37,085 bases of DNA, taken from Reclinomonas americana ATCC 50394. Lineage: Eukaryota. Location of the stretch: assembly GCA_048213135.1 (NCBI GenBank), contig PS015035.1:147146-184230 (forward strand), written 5' to 3'. A program made the position numbers and the translations under genes. This document shows positions 23,701 to 35,155 of the stretch, in pieces. Within the stretch, counting starts at the first letter, position 1. The number at the start of each line of letters is the position of its first letter. The notes below the pieces were generated by a model, which worked only from the letters and a program-made list of their open reading frames with translations, made no database searches and had not been told where the DNA came from.

Positions 23701-26700
23701 CAGGGCTTCCACAATCACGGGCAATAGAGCGGGTCAGGGGGGCGGAATCGATTCTTCCTTTTCTCTCCTCCGCCTCGTGAGGATGACTGCATCGGGGAAC
23801 ACGGTTTGTTGCAGTGTCTGCGCTCCGCATTTTGCTCTTTAAGTACTGAAGATGATGAATGTGTTCAATGTGGCGCAGGCTAGCGATCATGGCGGTTTCC
23901 TGTTTTCGTACTACTCCACCTTGATCATGTCGCTCTCCACCATTCGCACCAGCGGCTCAACCGCTGGTTCCGGTGGCGGTGTGTATGGCATCCAGTCGAC
24001 CACCGCCATCGACAGTACCTCCTTCACTTCCAATTCGGCGGCCAAGACTGGCGGAGCGCTCTACCTCGATCGGTGTCCTCTGGTGATGACCAACTGCACG
24101 GTGACGGACAACATTGCCGGTTCTGGTGGCGGCGTGTCGTTGATCGGCTCCAGGTCACGCGCTGCATCGCACGCACTTACTCACGTATCTACTCGCTCAC
24201 AACTGCTCGTGCATGCAACAGACCAAGCTCCATGTCAAATTGTGTGGTTTCGCGCAACTCGGCAACGTCGAATGGCGGCGGAATTCTGGTCGACGATAGC
24301 GCTCAGCTCTTGATTACTGGGCAAAGCACGCGAATCTCGCAAAACAGCGCTGCCACTGGGGGCGGCATTGCGTGCACTCTGGTGTGCTTGATTGTCACGT
24401 CACGATTGGAGATTGCACTTTGGTGTTGGAACTCATCACGCTGTGTCCCGCAACACAGTGCAACGAGTTGACGCTCACTGGCAACTCGATCTCGGAGCCA
24501 GTGCTGATCACCTCCAATGTTCTGACCAGTGACCCGAGTGCCTCCGCACCTCCAGTTCTCCGAGGTACGTAGTCTAGTGCTTCTGTCAGAGGAGTGATCG
24601 TCTGATGCATGATGTTGATGATGATGCTGCGCGCACAGGAGCTGGTGTGTTCGCGCAGCCTGTGCTCACAGCCCGGTTCAGTCTCGTCAACTTTGACACG
24701 AATCAGTGGTATGTGGGATTGATTCTCTCCTCTGCGTTTTCTTGCGCTGTTGCTTATCGTGCCGCAGTGAGGACTGCAATGGTGGCGCGATTTATGCTTC
24801 CGATCCCGGTGACATGTACGTCAGCAGCTGGTGCGTACAACGATGAGATAGGATAGGAGAGGATGAATACGACGGTGATGTGTTGTTGTGGCTCACCTTC
24901 TCGATTGCAGTGATTTCGTCAACAATAATGCCACCTTTGGAGGTCTGTACCACCAAACCCCCAGCGCGTTTCATGTTTCTCCACGCTGTGTGCTGACTTG
25001 TTCTTGTCTGTGTGCGCACAGGTGCCATCTACTACTCGTCGTCCAAGTTGCCGGCACCGGCGACAAACGACACTGCAAGTGTCGATTTTGGCGATGCTAT
25101 GAACCCGCTAACTTCAGCTGCCAGTGTGCGCACCGTGGGTGTACTGGCCACCACCAACGGATGCATCACGTCGTCCTCATTTCGCGGCAATTCGGTGAGT
25201 GATGACTGTTCACAACGTTCACACTCAGTACTCTTTTGTCGGCGCTGACACCCCGTACACTTGCTCTGCAGGCGTTGCGTCGTGTCTTAAAAAGGTCGTG
25301 GCCTGTCTCATGTTGCTGATGGGGTGTTTTGTTTGTCTAGTGCGGCTGGCGGTGGTGCCATTTACTACGACCGCAGTTCACCATGCGCCACGTCGCTGAC
25401 CTTGACGGCCAACACGGCAGCGTATGGTGGCTCGTTGGCGTCCGCAGGCCGCGTACTGCAGTACGAGGCTGTGAACACAACAAGCGGGGACGCTGCGACT
25501 AACCCTCGTGGCTCATCGGCGTCAGCACCTCTGACGGCACCCAGCGGCAACTTTGTGCGACCATTCAATGTGTACTTGGTGGACACGCTTGGCCAGCTGG
25601 TGCGCAGCTCGAGTGGAGTCAGTGTGTCCATCGATGCAGCGACCTCCAATGTCACCGTCAGTGGTGCCCGTTCCATGGTGTTTGACAGCGGCGTGGCGTA
25701 TTTCGACAGCCTTGTGGTTCGTCAATAACAGAAGTGCTTTTCTTCGTGTGTCTCTTTTCTCTTACTGTGGCTTCAGATTGTCGGTATGCCAAATACGGTG
25801 CAGACGCTTCGTGCCACGAGCGATACCACCAATCTGGTCATCTCGGTTCAGATGGACGCTTGTGTCGCCGGACAGTACCTCGATACCACGGCGCAGCGAT
25901 GTCGANNNNNNNNNNNNNNNNNNNNNNNNNNNNNNNNNNNNNNNNNNNNNNNNNNNNNNNNNNNNNNNNNNNNNNNNNNNNNNNNNNNNNNNNNNNNNNN
26001 NNNNNNNNNNNNNNNNNNNNNNNNNNNNNNNNNNNNNNNNNNNNNNNNNNNNNNNNNNNNNNNNNNNNNNNNNNNNNNNNNNNNNNNNNNNNNNNNNNNN
26101 NNNNNNNNNNNNNNNNNNNNNNNNNNNNNNNNNNNNNNNNNNNNNNNNNNNNNNNNNNNNNNNNNNNNNNNNNNNNNNNNNNNNNNNNNNNNNNNNNNNN
26201 NNNNNNNNNNNNNNNNNNNNNNNNNNNNNNNNNNNNNNNNNNNNNNNNNNNNNNNNNNNNNNNNNNNNNNNNNNNNNNNNNNNNNNNNNNNNNNNNNNNN
26301 NNNNNNNNNNNNNNNNNNNNNNNNNNNNNNNNNNNNNNNNNNNNNNNNNNNNNNNNNNNNNNNNNNNNNNNNNNNNNNNNNNNNNNNNNNNNNNNNNNNN
26401 NNNNNNNNNNNNNNNNNNNNNNNNNNNNNNNNNNNNNNNNNNNNNNNNNNNNNNNNNNNNNNNNNNNNNNNNNNNTGTGTGCTTGGCACTCACAAGACGT
26501 GCAACTAGTGTGCCGTCTGTCCCGATGGTGGTGTTTGTGGCGACGGTCTGCTACTGGGGCAAGATGAAGTTGCGTCACTTCCACACATGCACTGCGTAAG
26601 ATGCCGCGACTCATTTCTTTGCAGGGATTCTGGCGACCGCGATCCGACGCAATTGTATTTTACCCAGTTGCGTTGCCGGCCTTTATTCGTTCGCGTCTTA

Positions 26701-29700
26701 CTCATTGCTCTTTTGCACTGACCGCTCTATTTCAGTGTCCGAACAGCGACTGGTGCCCCTCGTACTCCACGAATCGAGTGTGTCGTGGCGGACACACTGG
26801 TCGCGTGGTAAGCGTGTGCTGCGTACTTGTGCCCTGCGTGCGGCAGACACTAACTTCTGCATTTTTGCGCCTGTTTCGCACCAGTGTGCCGTCTGCCAGG
26901 GTGCGTACACGTCCATGTCTATCTTTCGTTCAGACCTCCTGCTTCCTGACATTTTATGTTCCTCCCGAGATAGATGGCTGGTTCTTGAATGGTAGCTCAG
27001 GATGCACCAGTTTCGTAGACGCGTTGGCAACAGCTGTCTTTATCGTCGCTCACTGCGTGTGGCGGCGGTGGTGGTGATGATGATGATACAGAATGCGCAT
27101 CCTCCGCCCGAACAGCTCTCACGCTGGTTATTTTCGCCTCGGTTATCGCTGCTATGGTCTTCTTCTTCTGTGCGTCAACAATACATCTGCGCTGCACACC
27201 GATTTGTGTATTCACCATGCGTTTCTGTGCAGATTTGATTCGCACTGCCGGGTAACGGAGTACACGAGCTGTTTACATCACAAGGTTGTGCCTCTCTCAC
27301 TCACACTCGCGTATTCCTCACGCAGTGCCATGATCAAGCTGCGCATTTTCGTCTCCTTCCTGCAGGTCCGTTAAAGTCAAACCATTGTATTTGTGCACGC
27401 GTTTGTTTGTGCTGACCACGCTGCTCTGCCCGCGCGTGCAGATGGTGTACGAGTTGCCCGAGTATCAAGTACCGTGGCCGCTATCGTGCGTCTGTCGCTC
27501 TCTTTGCGCATCAGTGGCCTCGGGGATGCAGCAGTTGACAGTGTGCATACAAACAGTTGGCTCAATCTCAGCACTCAATTCGCTTTCTTGGAGCTCGACA
27601 TTCTCCAGGCGACGGTGCGCATCGCGTAGAATAGTTGTTGTCTCTCAAAAGCGCACAGGATCGTGCAACTGACTGCGTCTGCTGCAGTCGTTCCGCTGCA
27701 TTGCCCCCAGCATTGGGTGCGGCGGGGAATGTTCGATTGCTTGTTTCATTCTATGCTGCAGCGCTCACACGGTGGTGGTGTTGCAGAGACCTGTACTTTG
27801 TGAAGATTGTTCTCATCCCGCTGCTGCCGGTTATTGCCATTGGCATCCTCTTCATCGTTTTCGTTGCGTCACAGCTGCAGTTGCAATTTTTCGCCCGCTT
27901 GTCTGAGTGCCCGGTCCGTGCCTGCAGCTGCTATCCAGGCCCGCTGTCCGCGCGAAGCTAAAGCTGTGCTGCTGTCGCTATTTCCTTTGCCGTCGCAAAT
28001 GGAAGCCCGTTGATGAGCTGGGCGACGACGACGACACGGCAAACGATATCGATGCTGTGGACGTGGGTGGCGATAACGACTCGGTGTCATCACAGAATGA
28101 CCAGTTCGTGGCATCGCCGGAGGCACTGCGGGCAGGCTCCACGCAGTACGCGTCCACCGAGCTTTCTACGTTTTCACCACCGTCACCTGACGATCAGGCG
28201 GATCGAACCCGGGTGCGCCCCATTGTGCCTTGTGCTGCTTCATAAATGCAATCTGTTGCTCACAACTTGTGTGCAGACTACCTCTGCCGGAGCGACCATG
28301 GTGTGTAACTCGCACGTGACTGATTCGCGTGGGCTGTTGGTGTTGTTGCACCGCTCACTGGTGCCTTCTTTGTTGCAGAATCGCAATGATGTAGTGTCGC
28401 CGTCAATGGTTTGTGCACGTGCTTCGGACGCGCCAGGTTTGCTTGCTGCACCACCAGCGTGTGCCACTGACGCGCGTATGCGCGTGGCCGAGAGTTGCGT
28501 GTTTTCCCACACAACTGGAACAGAGTGAGACACAACCTAACGCATTTCATATCTTGGTGAGCAGAGGTGGCTCGCGGCCTCAATGCGACGAAAGACGCGT
28601 CGGTGGCGTCCTCTTCCGACGGAGAGGAGCGAGATGACTTTGATTTCATGTCTGTGGGTGAGTGCATCGTCCTGATTGGAGCGCGCGGCTTCAGCCTCGT
28701 TCGCAGTGACTGAACAATATGCATGCATGCGGCAGACTCCATGATGGTGCTGAGTCCATTCGAGCTGTTTGTGCAGCGGAGGTACGTGGTTGCTCAGATT
28801 GCTCTTCACGTACAACCGATATATTCATGCTTTGCGCACAGTTTCCTCGTCGTCTTTATCGCCTACCCGGTATGTGGAGCAGAGTGTGTTCGTTGCGTTG
28901 TACCTCTCATGCTAACTCGCGCGCTGTGCAGGGTGTCGGCGGTGCGTACTAGGACAGTGAGAGATCAAGAAGTCGCAACAATGCTCTCGCTCACACCTGT
29001 TTGTTTCGCAGCCACCCTCCTGTCGTACTTTAACTGTCAGGTGGGTTGGCTCTCTCGTGTGCCATGCTTGTGTTCTGATCCACTCAATCTGTCGAGTGCA
29101 GTTGCTCAACGACGGATCGTGGAACAAGAAAGGCATGTTGCTGCTAGGGGTCTCGTTGTGTGAGTCTGTGACTGCGGCTGCTAATGCATGTGTGGCTTGA
29201 CAGATTTTTCAGTGGCATGCTACGACACCAAATGGTTCAGCTTCTTGCCGTGGGTGGTGCGTGGCATTGATAAGTGTGCGTATTTTTGTGCGGGGCGACT
29301 GCTGACGTACATCTGAGCAGTTGGTGTGGTGCTTCCTGATCCCGGTCGGCTTCCCCCTGGCGTGAGTCCATACGCACCCGCTATTCTCGTCGTGGAGGCA
29401 ACCTCAAACTCCATGTGTGTGTGCTTGTGCATTCACAGCATTGGACTCACGGTCGGCTTCAACCGACGCCGACTGCGTCGATTCAAGTTTGAGCATCGAT
29501 GGGGGTTCCTGTACGAAGGTGTGAATCACGAACGTGCTCGTTTGCTGTATCTGTCAAGCTCATTATGTCGCTCGTACACAGCCTATCGGTAAGTATGTGT
29601 GTCGCCGCTGCAGCAAACATGTCTGCCTTCTGATTGCGTTTCACGTGGGCGATCTGCTGGCATCTGGCAGGAAGGGAGTTTCGTTGTCTCTGTCCGTTTT

Positions 29701-32054
29701 CATTGCTGCTGACCAATCTCATTCGCTGACTCGCTCTGTGTTTGTGACTGTCGTCTGCAGGCCGAATACTGGGAGGTGTGTGCACACTTCACTTTCTATT
29801 CACTCAGTGTGCGTGAATCGGTGTACTCATTTTGTGTGTCGATTGGCAGGTCACTGAGCAGGTTCGACACCAAGTCGATTGCATTCTCTAACGCTCGTTG
29901 CGCACTGTGTCGCTAACAGCGTGTGTCACTTGGCTTTGCTTCTGCACAGATTCGCAAGGTGAGTGTGTTCAGTTGTGGTGTATATCATTGCGCGGCTATG
30001 CCTCTTGTCTCACGATGCGTTTCTTGTCGCAGCTCACACTGGCCAGTCTGCTGATTGTGCTGGGTGAGTTGATGTTGCATTGTGCGACTGTGTCAGTGAC
30101 CACGCTCACCGCGCAGCCGACAGGTTTCCAACCGGCACTCCAAATCCTGCTCGGTGTCGTTGTGTCGGCCGCTGCAATCATCGGTCACCTCATTGTGCGA
30201 CCATTCAAGGAGCGAAGTGACCAGTGGCTGCAGGTGAGAGGCAGAAGGGCGAACAGGGAAAGAGATTGAAAGTGGGAAGGAGGGCGAGGAGGAGGAGGAG
30301 GAGGAGGAGGAGGAGGAGGAGGAGGAGGAGGAGGAGAAGAGGCGTTGGAGAGAGAGAGAGCATACATAGCCATGTCTCTAATGACATGAAAATTTCATAG
30401 TGTGTTCGTGAGAAAGGGGAGGGGAAAAGTGGGAAGGAGGGGAGGAGGAGGAGGAGAGGGAGAGATAGTGCATGTGCTTTGCAGCGTTTTTTCTCATTCG
30501 TGACTACGCCTGTACAGACGGCGTCACTCATTGACATTTTTTGTGAGTACTGTAACCATCCGCTTCGTGTGTGTTGCTGCCATTCACTCACTGTCGACCT
30601 TGTTTTTTTTTTTTGAACAGCGCTGCTTGTTCTCGGCATGGCACTGAGGTAATTGAGATGCCATATTGAAGAACAGCGCGACAAAGTGAAGGAACTCACT
30701 TGTGTGTTTCCTCTGTGTGTAACAGGATGCAAACACTGCCGTCTGAGCGCAACTGTTGCGTATTGCAGCGTTGCACCTTCTATTGATGGGGTTTCTCACA
30801 ACTGTGAATCAGTTTTCAACATCATTCTCGTGGTGCTCACGTGCTTCAGTGCGTATCCATCCTGCTGCATGACGGTGCAATCGCCGCACACTTGGCTCAC
30901 TTAAATTGTGTTCTACTACAGTCATCATTCTCGGCGGTACGATTCTGTTCCTTGAGGTACGTGTGACTGCGATCGTCAGAGAAAATCGCACGTGGCGCCA
31001 AGTGAAACTCAATCACTCTTTTCCATCGCCGCCAGATCACTGTCGAGGTGTGTAGCTGCAGGCAGCATTCGTTGGCATGTTCTCCTTGCGTCGCTGACAC
31101 CACTGTGTGGCTATTTCGCAGTCCCGTCGTGTCGTGGCGCACTACCCTCGTCTCCGTTGCTTGTTGGGCTGGGTGTTCTGCTTCTGGTGCGCACAACGGT
31201 GTTGTTTGCATAGGAGCATGACGATGTCACTGACCCTGTGCGTTGTAGCATCAAGCGCTGCCGACCGGCGTACATGGAGCATCCTAAGGCGCATGTACAT
31301 CACGATCATGCGCACGACGACGACGACGACTACGAGGATGAAGAGGACGAGCGCACAGTTATGCTGGAACTGCAGCAGTATCCGATGTTGGCGCCCATGG
31401 ACGACGATGCAGTTCTGTCGTGTTCTTCCCAACGCATGCGCGTGTGTTTGTGTGTATGAGTGCATATACTCACCGCTGCGCTCGTCGTTGCAGCGTGCAC
31501 GCATGACCAACTTGGTCCGTTCGTGTTTCGCGGCGGCGACTCAGTCTGTGGGCGGCGCTGCTGCGGCTGCGCAAGATCCGGCGTCGCCTGCTGCTTCTGA
31601 AGCCAAGCCGTTCCATGTGCTCCTCCGGGAGCATGCTGCAGCTGCCAGCGCTGCAAGTCAGGCACTACCGGCTCAAGTGACACCACCACCATCATCGCCT
31701 CGCACGCCACCGCTGCATCCAGCCGACGAGACGCGGCCCGGCGGCGACGTGCTGTCACTCCCCGCATCGCCGCGTCTCCTGTTACCGCAACCACCACCGC
31801 TGCCGTTGGTGGTGAGTGGCAGCGCCGATGGTCGCCGGGAGCGGCGCCACACCTCGGCCGATCGCACGGAGGTGCTGCTGCCCGGCACGCCAGTCCACTC
31901 GTCGCTGGACGATGACAACTGCAGCAACATCTTTCCTGTACAAGACTTCTCCGACGACGAACGCCGCAGTGGTGGTGGCAGCAGCAGCCACAGTGGCTCC
32001 ACTAGCCCACGTCGCCAGCTGTTGCCTCGCTCGCGGTCGCGGTCGCCAAGATAA
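17754..32054 (+). CDS. Large secreted-ectodomain multi-pass membrane protein: signal peptide, SBBP-type beta-propeller module, fibronectin type III, Pmp-like parallel beta-helix repeats, Cys-rich region, multi-pass TM domain, Pro/Ser-rich tail
   Basis: ATG at 17754 (MRALLLLLLLLLSVTVVA, signal-like); TAA at 32052-32054; at least 73 introns traced. Spliced motifs: PLHIDP..GSFFG..DDTATSVAVSPSG..IAGYT and GGSGNDAANSIAFSSAEDVVICG (SBBP-like); LQWT...DFRVRAV...GPWS (Fn3); many N-A-x-x-GGA(I/L) repeats; CAVCPDGGVC/CRGGHTGRVCAVC; KLRIFVSFLQ, VPWP, DFSVACY, PVGFP, GFLYEAY..YWE...RKL, RPFK. These last motifs are typical of the TM region of protist Pmp-repeat membrane proteins. Confidence 0.85.
25272..25273 (+). 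other. Putative 2-nt micro-exon (GC)
   Basis: GCTGAC...CTGCAG|GC|GTTGCGT, between introns 25195-25271 (77 nt) and 25274-25340 (67 nt). It supplies the 2 nt needed to join a phase-0 donor to a phase-2 acceptor, giving GNSAAAGGGAIYY. Confidence 0.7.
30286..30337 (+). repeat. (GGA)n microsatellite in an unusually long intron (30234-30517)
   Basis: Directly visible run of GGA triplets followed by (GA)n. Confidence 0.9.
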
Positions 32055-32131
32055 TGTACACGAAGTCGTCCTGCTTGACATGACGCACTCCATTCACTCG
32101 TCCGTCTCGAGACAAGAAGGAAGGCGCACAG

Positions 32132-35042
32132 ATGGCGCACTTTCAAGATTACACACCAGCTTCCTTCCACCGAGAGGTGTGAGCTCGTAATGCGAGCGAC
32201 TGTGCACGCACGTATTCTCACTCACATGCCTCGTCAGCGACCAACATACGATGGCAAACGTATGCGACCGCCCGTGGAACGCAAGTACTTTGACTACACA
32301 AGCACCATGTTGAGCGCACAGGAGGTGAGCAGACAGACTGAAGAAGAGCAGGAAAGGTGCATGTGAGACTGAATGTTGTCGCGCGCACACACACAGTTCC
32401 AAGTCTTTCACGACCTCACCGACCCTGCGTTGGAACTGGAGCCCGACTTGCCTTACATGAAGGACGTGCGTATGTGTATGTATGTGTGTGTATGTGCGCA
32501 TGAGAGACGCGACTCACACGCAAGAGTCCACTTGCGACTGGGACACACAGTTGTTGCCGACCTTTGTGGAGACCAAGGCCTCGCAGAGCATCACCACACG
32601 CTTTGCGCATCCGTCGAAGAACAAGGAGCGATGCGCCAACAATGTGATTGTGTGGACTCCAGAGGGGCGTCGTTTGATTGCCGGCAACGCCAAGGGCGAG
32701 TTCACCCTGTGGAATGGCTCTGCGTTCAACTTTGAGACCATTCAGCATGCGCACAACATGCCCGTGAAGGCCATGGAGTGGAGCCACAACGAGGTGTGGA
32801 TGATCTCGGGTGACAATGCCGGCGAAATCAAGTACTGGCAGACCAGCATGAACAATGTCAAGGAGCTGCCGGAGGCGCACACGCAGCCGGTGCAGTCGTT
32901 GAGGTTCGTGTATATGCATAACTGGTGTGCGTACGAATGTTGCTGAGAGCGAGGGCGTGGGGCCACCAGCTTCTCGCCCACCGACATCAAGTTCGCGTCG
33001 GGGTCGTCGGATAGTGTGGTGAAGATTTGGGACTTTGAAACGTGCACTGCCGAGTGTGAACTGCGTGAGCATCGTGCCGACGTGCGGTGTGTGGCTTGGC
33101 ACCATCGCAACTCGATCATTGCCAGTGGCGGCAAGGACCACGTGGTGAAGCTGTGGGATGCGCGAGCGGCGCAGTCCATCAACGACCTGTTGCGTCAGTG
33201 CTTCTCGCTTATTGCGAATCACGTGGCTGACAATGCGTTGTGGTTGCAGTACTGTGCACAAGGATTCGGTGTTTGATGTCAAGTGGAATCTCAACGGGGT
33301 GTGGCTGGCCACGGCGTCGCGCGACGGCACCGTCAAGATCGTCGACATGCGCAATCTGAAAGTGCTCAGCATCCACCGTCGCTCCAACAATCCCGGAAAC
33401 GATCCGCACGTCAATTGTTGCGTGCTCTGTGGAGGGCATTTGCGTGTATCGTGTGCTTTCAGAGTCCATTAACAGTGCGTGAGTGCAGCCGTCTCGTGGC
33501 ATCCTTTCCACGAGGATCTGTTTGCCAGCGGGGCGCATGACGGATCCGTCATGTTCTGGTTCGCCGGCTTGGAGGAACCGCAAGCGGCCATCTACAGGGC
33601 GCACGAAGACGCTGTGTGGGATGTGGCGTGGCATCCAATGGGACACATCTTGGGCTCCGGCAGCAAGGACAACTGGATCAAGTTCTGGGTGCGCAACCGG
33701 CCCGGCGACGACATGATGGACCGGTACAGCCGACTGGAGGTGCCCAAGAGCATTTTTGCGCCCGAANNNNNNNNNNNNNNNNNNNNNNNNNNNNNNNNNN
33801 NNNNNNNNNNNNNNNNNNNNNNNNNNNNNNNNNNNNNNNNNNNNNNNNNNNNNNNNNNNNNNNNNNNNNNNNNNNNNNNNNNNNNNNNNNNNNNNNNNNN
33901 NNNNNNNNNNNNNNNNNNNNNNNNNNNNNNNNNNNNNNNNNNNNNNNNNNNNNNNNNNNNNNNNNNNNNNNNNNNNNNNNNNNNNNNNNNNNNNNNNNNN
34001 NNNNNNNNNNNNNNNNNNNNNNNNNNNNNNNNNNNNNNNNNNNNNNNNNNNNNNNNNNNNNNNNNNNNNNNNNNNNNNNNNNNNNNNNNNNNNNNNNNNN
34101 NNNNNNNNNNNNNNNNNNNNNNNNNNNNNNNNNNNNNNNNNNTCAGCCGCGCCCGGTTCAGGTACGAGATAGAATTCTCTGTGTGTGTGTGTGTGTGTGT
34201 CTCTGCACTTTTCGTTTCTCACCTTGCATCCTAGTCTCCAACTCGGCCGTGGCCCACATGCCGGCGATCCCTGGTCTCGGTTGGGGCGGCCGTGCCAACG
34301 ACTTTTACGATTCCTCGTCGTCATCGTCGTTTGGTGCTGGCGCCGGCGTCGGCGGTGGCGCACCTCCGCCCCCCGCGCCATCCAACAGCTACCCACCGCG
34401 CTCCTACCAGGGACCGGGAGGCGGTCGTGGAGGACCACCGGCACCACCCAACCACTATGGAGCGTCACGCGGGGCGCACATCAAGGAGGAGGGTGGTCAC
34501 ATGCCGCCGGGAGGCCCGCCAGGTGTGCCCTACGGTCGGCCGCCCATGCCACCGCACGGTGACGGACGAGGTGCGATTTTTTGCGAGGTTGAGTTGTGCT
34601 TTTCTTGTTCTCACTCCCTGCTATTCAGGCGGTCATCCGCCACCACCGCCGCCGCCACCACCTCCGCCGCACTTCAACATGGGTCAGTACATGCAACAAC
34701 AGCCACCTCCTCGACAGGGACCGCCACCACCGAATTACATGCACGGAGCGCCGCCACCACCGCCACCACCACCACCGCAACATGGTGGCGGGTGGGGTGG
34801 TCCACCAAACAGCATGATGCAAGGACCACCGCCACTGCCTCCACCACCACCATATGGCCATGGTCTTCCGCCACCGCCGCAGCCACCACCATATGGGTGA
34901 GTCGGGTGTCTGTTTCAGATGTTCATCTCCCGACTATCTCACTCTCCTTCTCCTCGACAGTGGCCATCGACCGCCGATGCCCATGCCGCCACCGCCGCCG
35001 TCACAACATCACATGAGCTCGGATCATCCACCTGGTGTTTAG
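32132..35042 (+). CDS. WDR33: pre-mRNA 3'-end processing WD40 protein WDR33/Pfs2/FY with a Pro/Gly-rich C-terminal tail
   Basis: Spliced protein contains the family-diagnostic motifs [73 protein letters not shown] and [12 protein letters not shown] at 32132; TAG at 35040-35042; at least 9 introns; internal N-gap at 33767-34141. Confidence 0.95.
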
Positions 35043-35155
35043 CGCAGAGCAGAAACAATGAAAAAGAAAAAAACAATGTCGAATCGTTTATCATTCATCG
35101 TCGTCAGTGCGCGACTCCCTGAGCAGTGTGGCCAGCAAACCGAGTGCCATCATCG

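Noticed and set aside
26667-26736. Alternative reading of the shifted donors as non-canonical introns cut one base later at both ends (G|TT...AGN|)
   Set aside because: Where the two readings differ informatively, GT-AG gives the better protein: YPCP rather than YPGP here, and ARM-consensus VENK rather than VEDK at 16181. The chemistry looks canonical; only the downstream consensus is shifted.
27252-27325. Apparent in-frame stops (e.g. GGG TAA) suggesting stop-codon reassignment or pseudogenisation
   Set aside because: Each one I checked falls inside a well-formed intron. TAA, TAG and TGA all occur at plausible gene ends.
30378-30410. CTAAT...ATAG|TGT|GTTCGT, a possible hidden 3-nt exon in the 284-nt intron
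   Set aside because: Frame-neutral, and the protein reads well without it (WLQ-TASL). It cannot be supported without transcripts; the intron length is explained by purine microsatellites.
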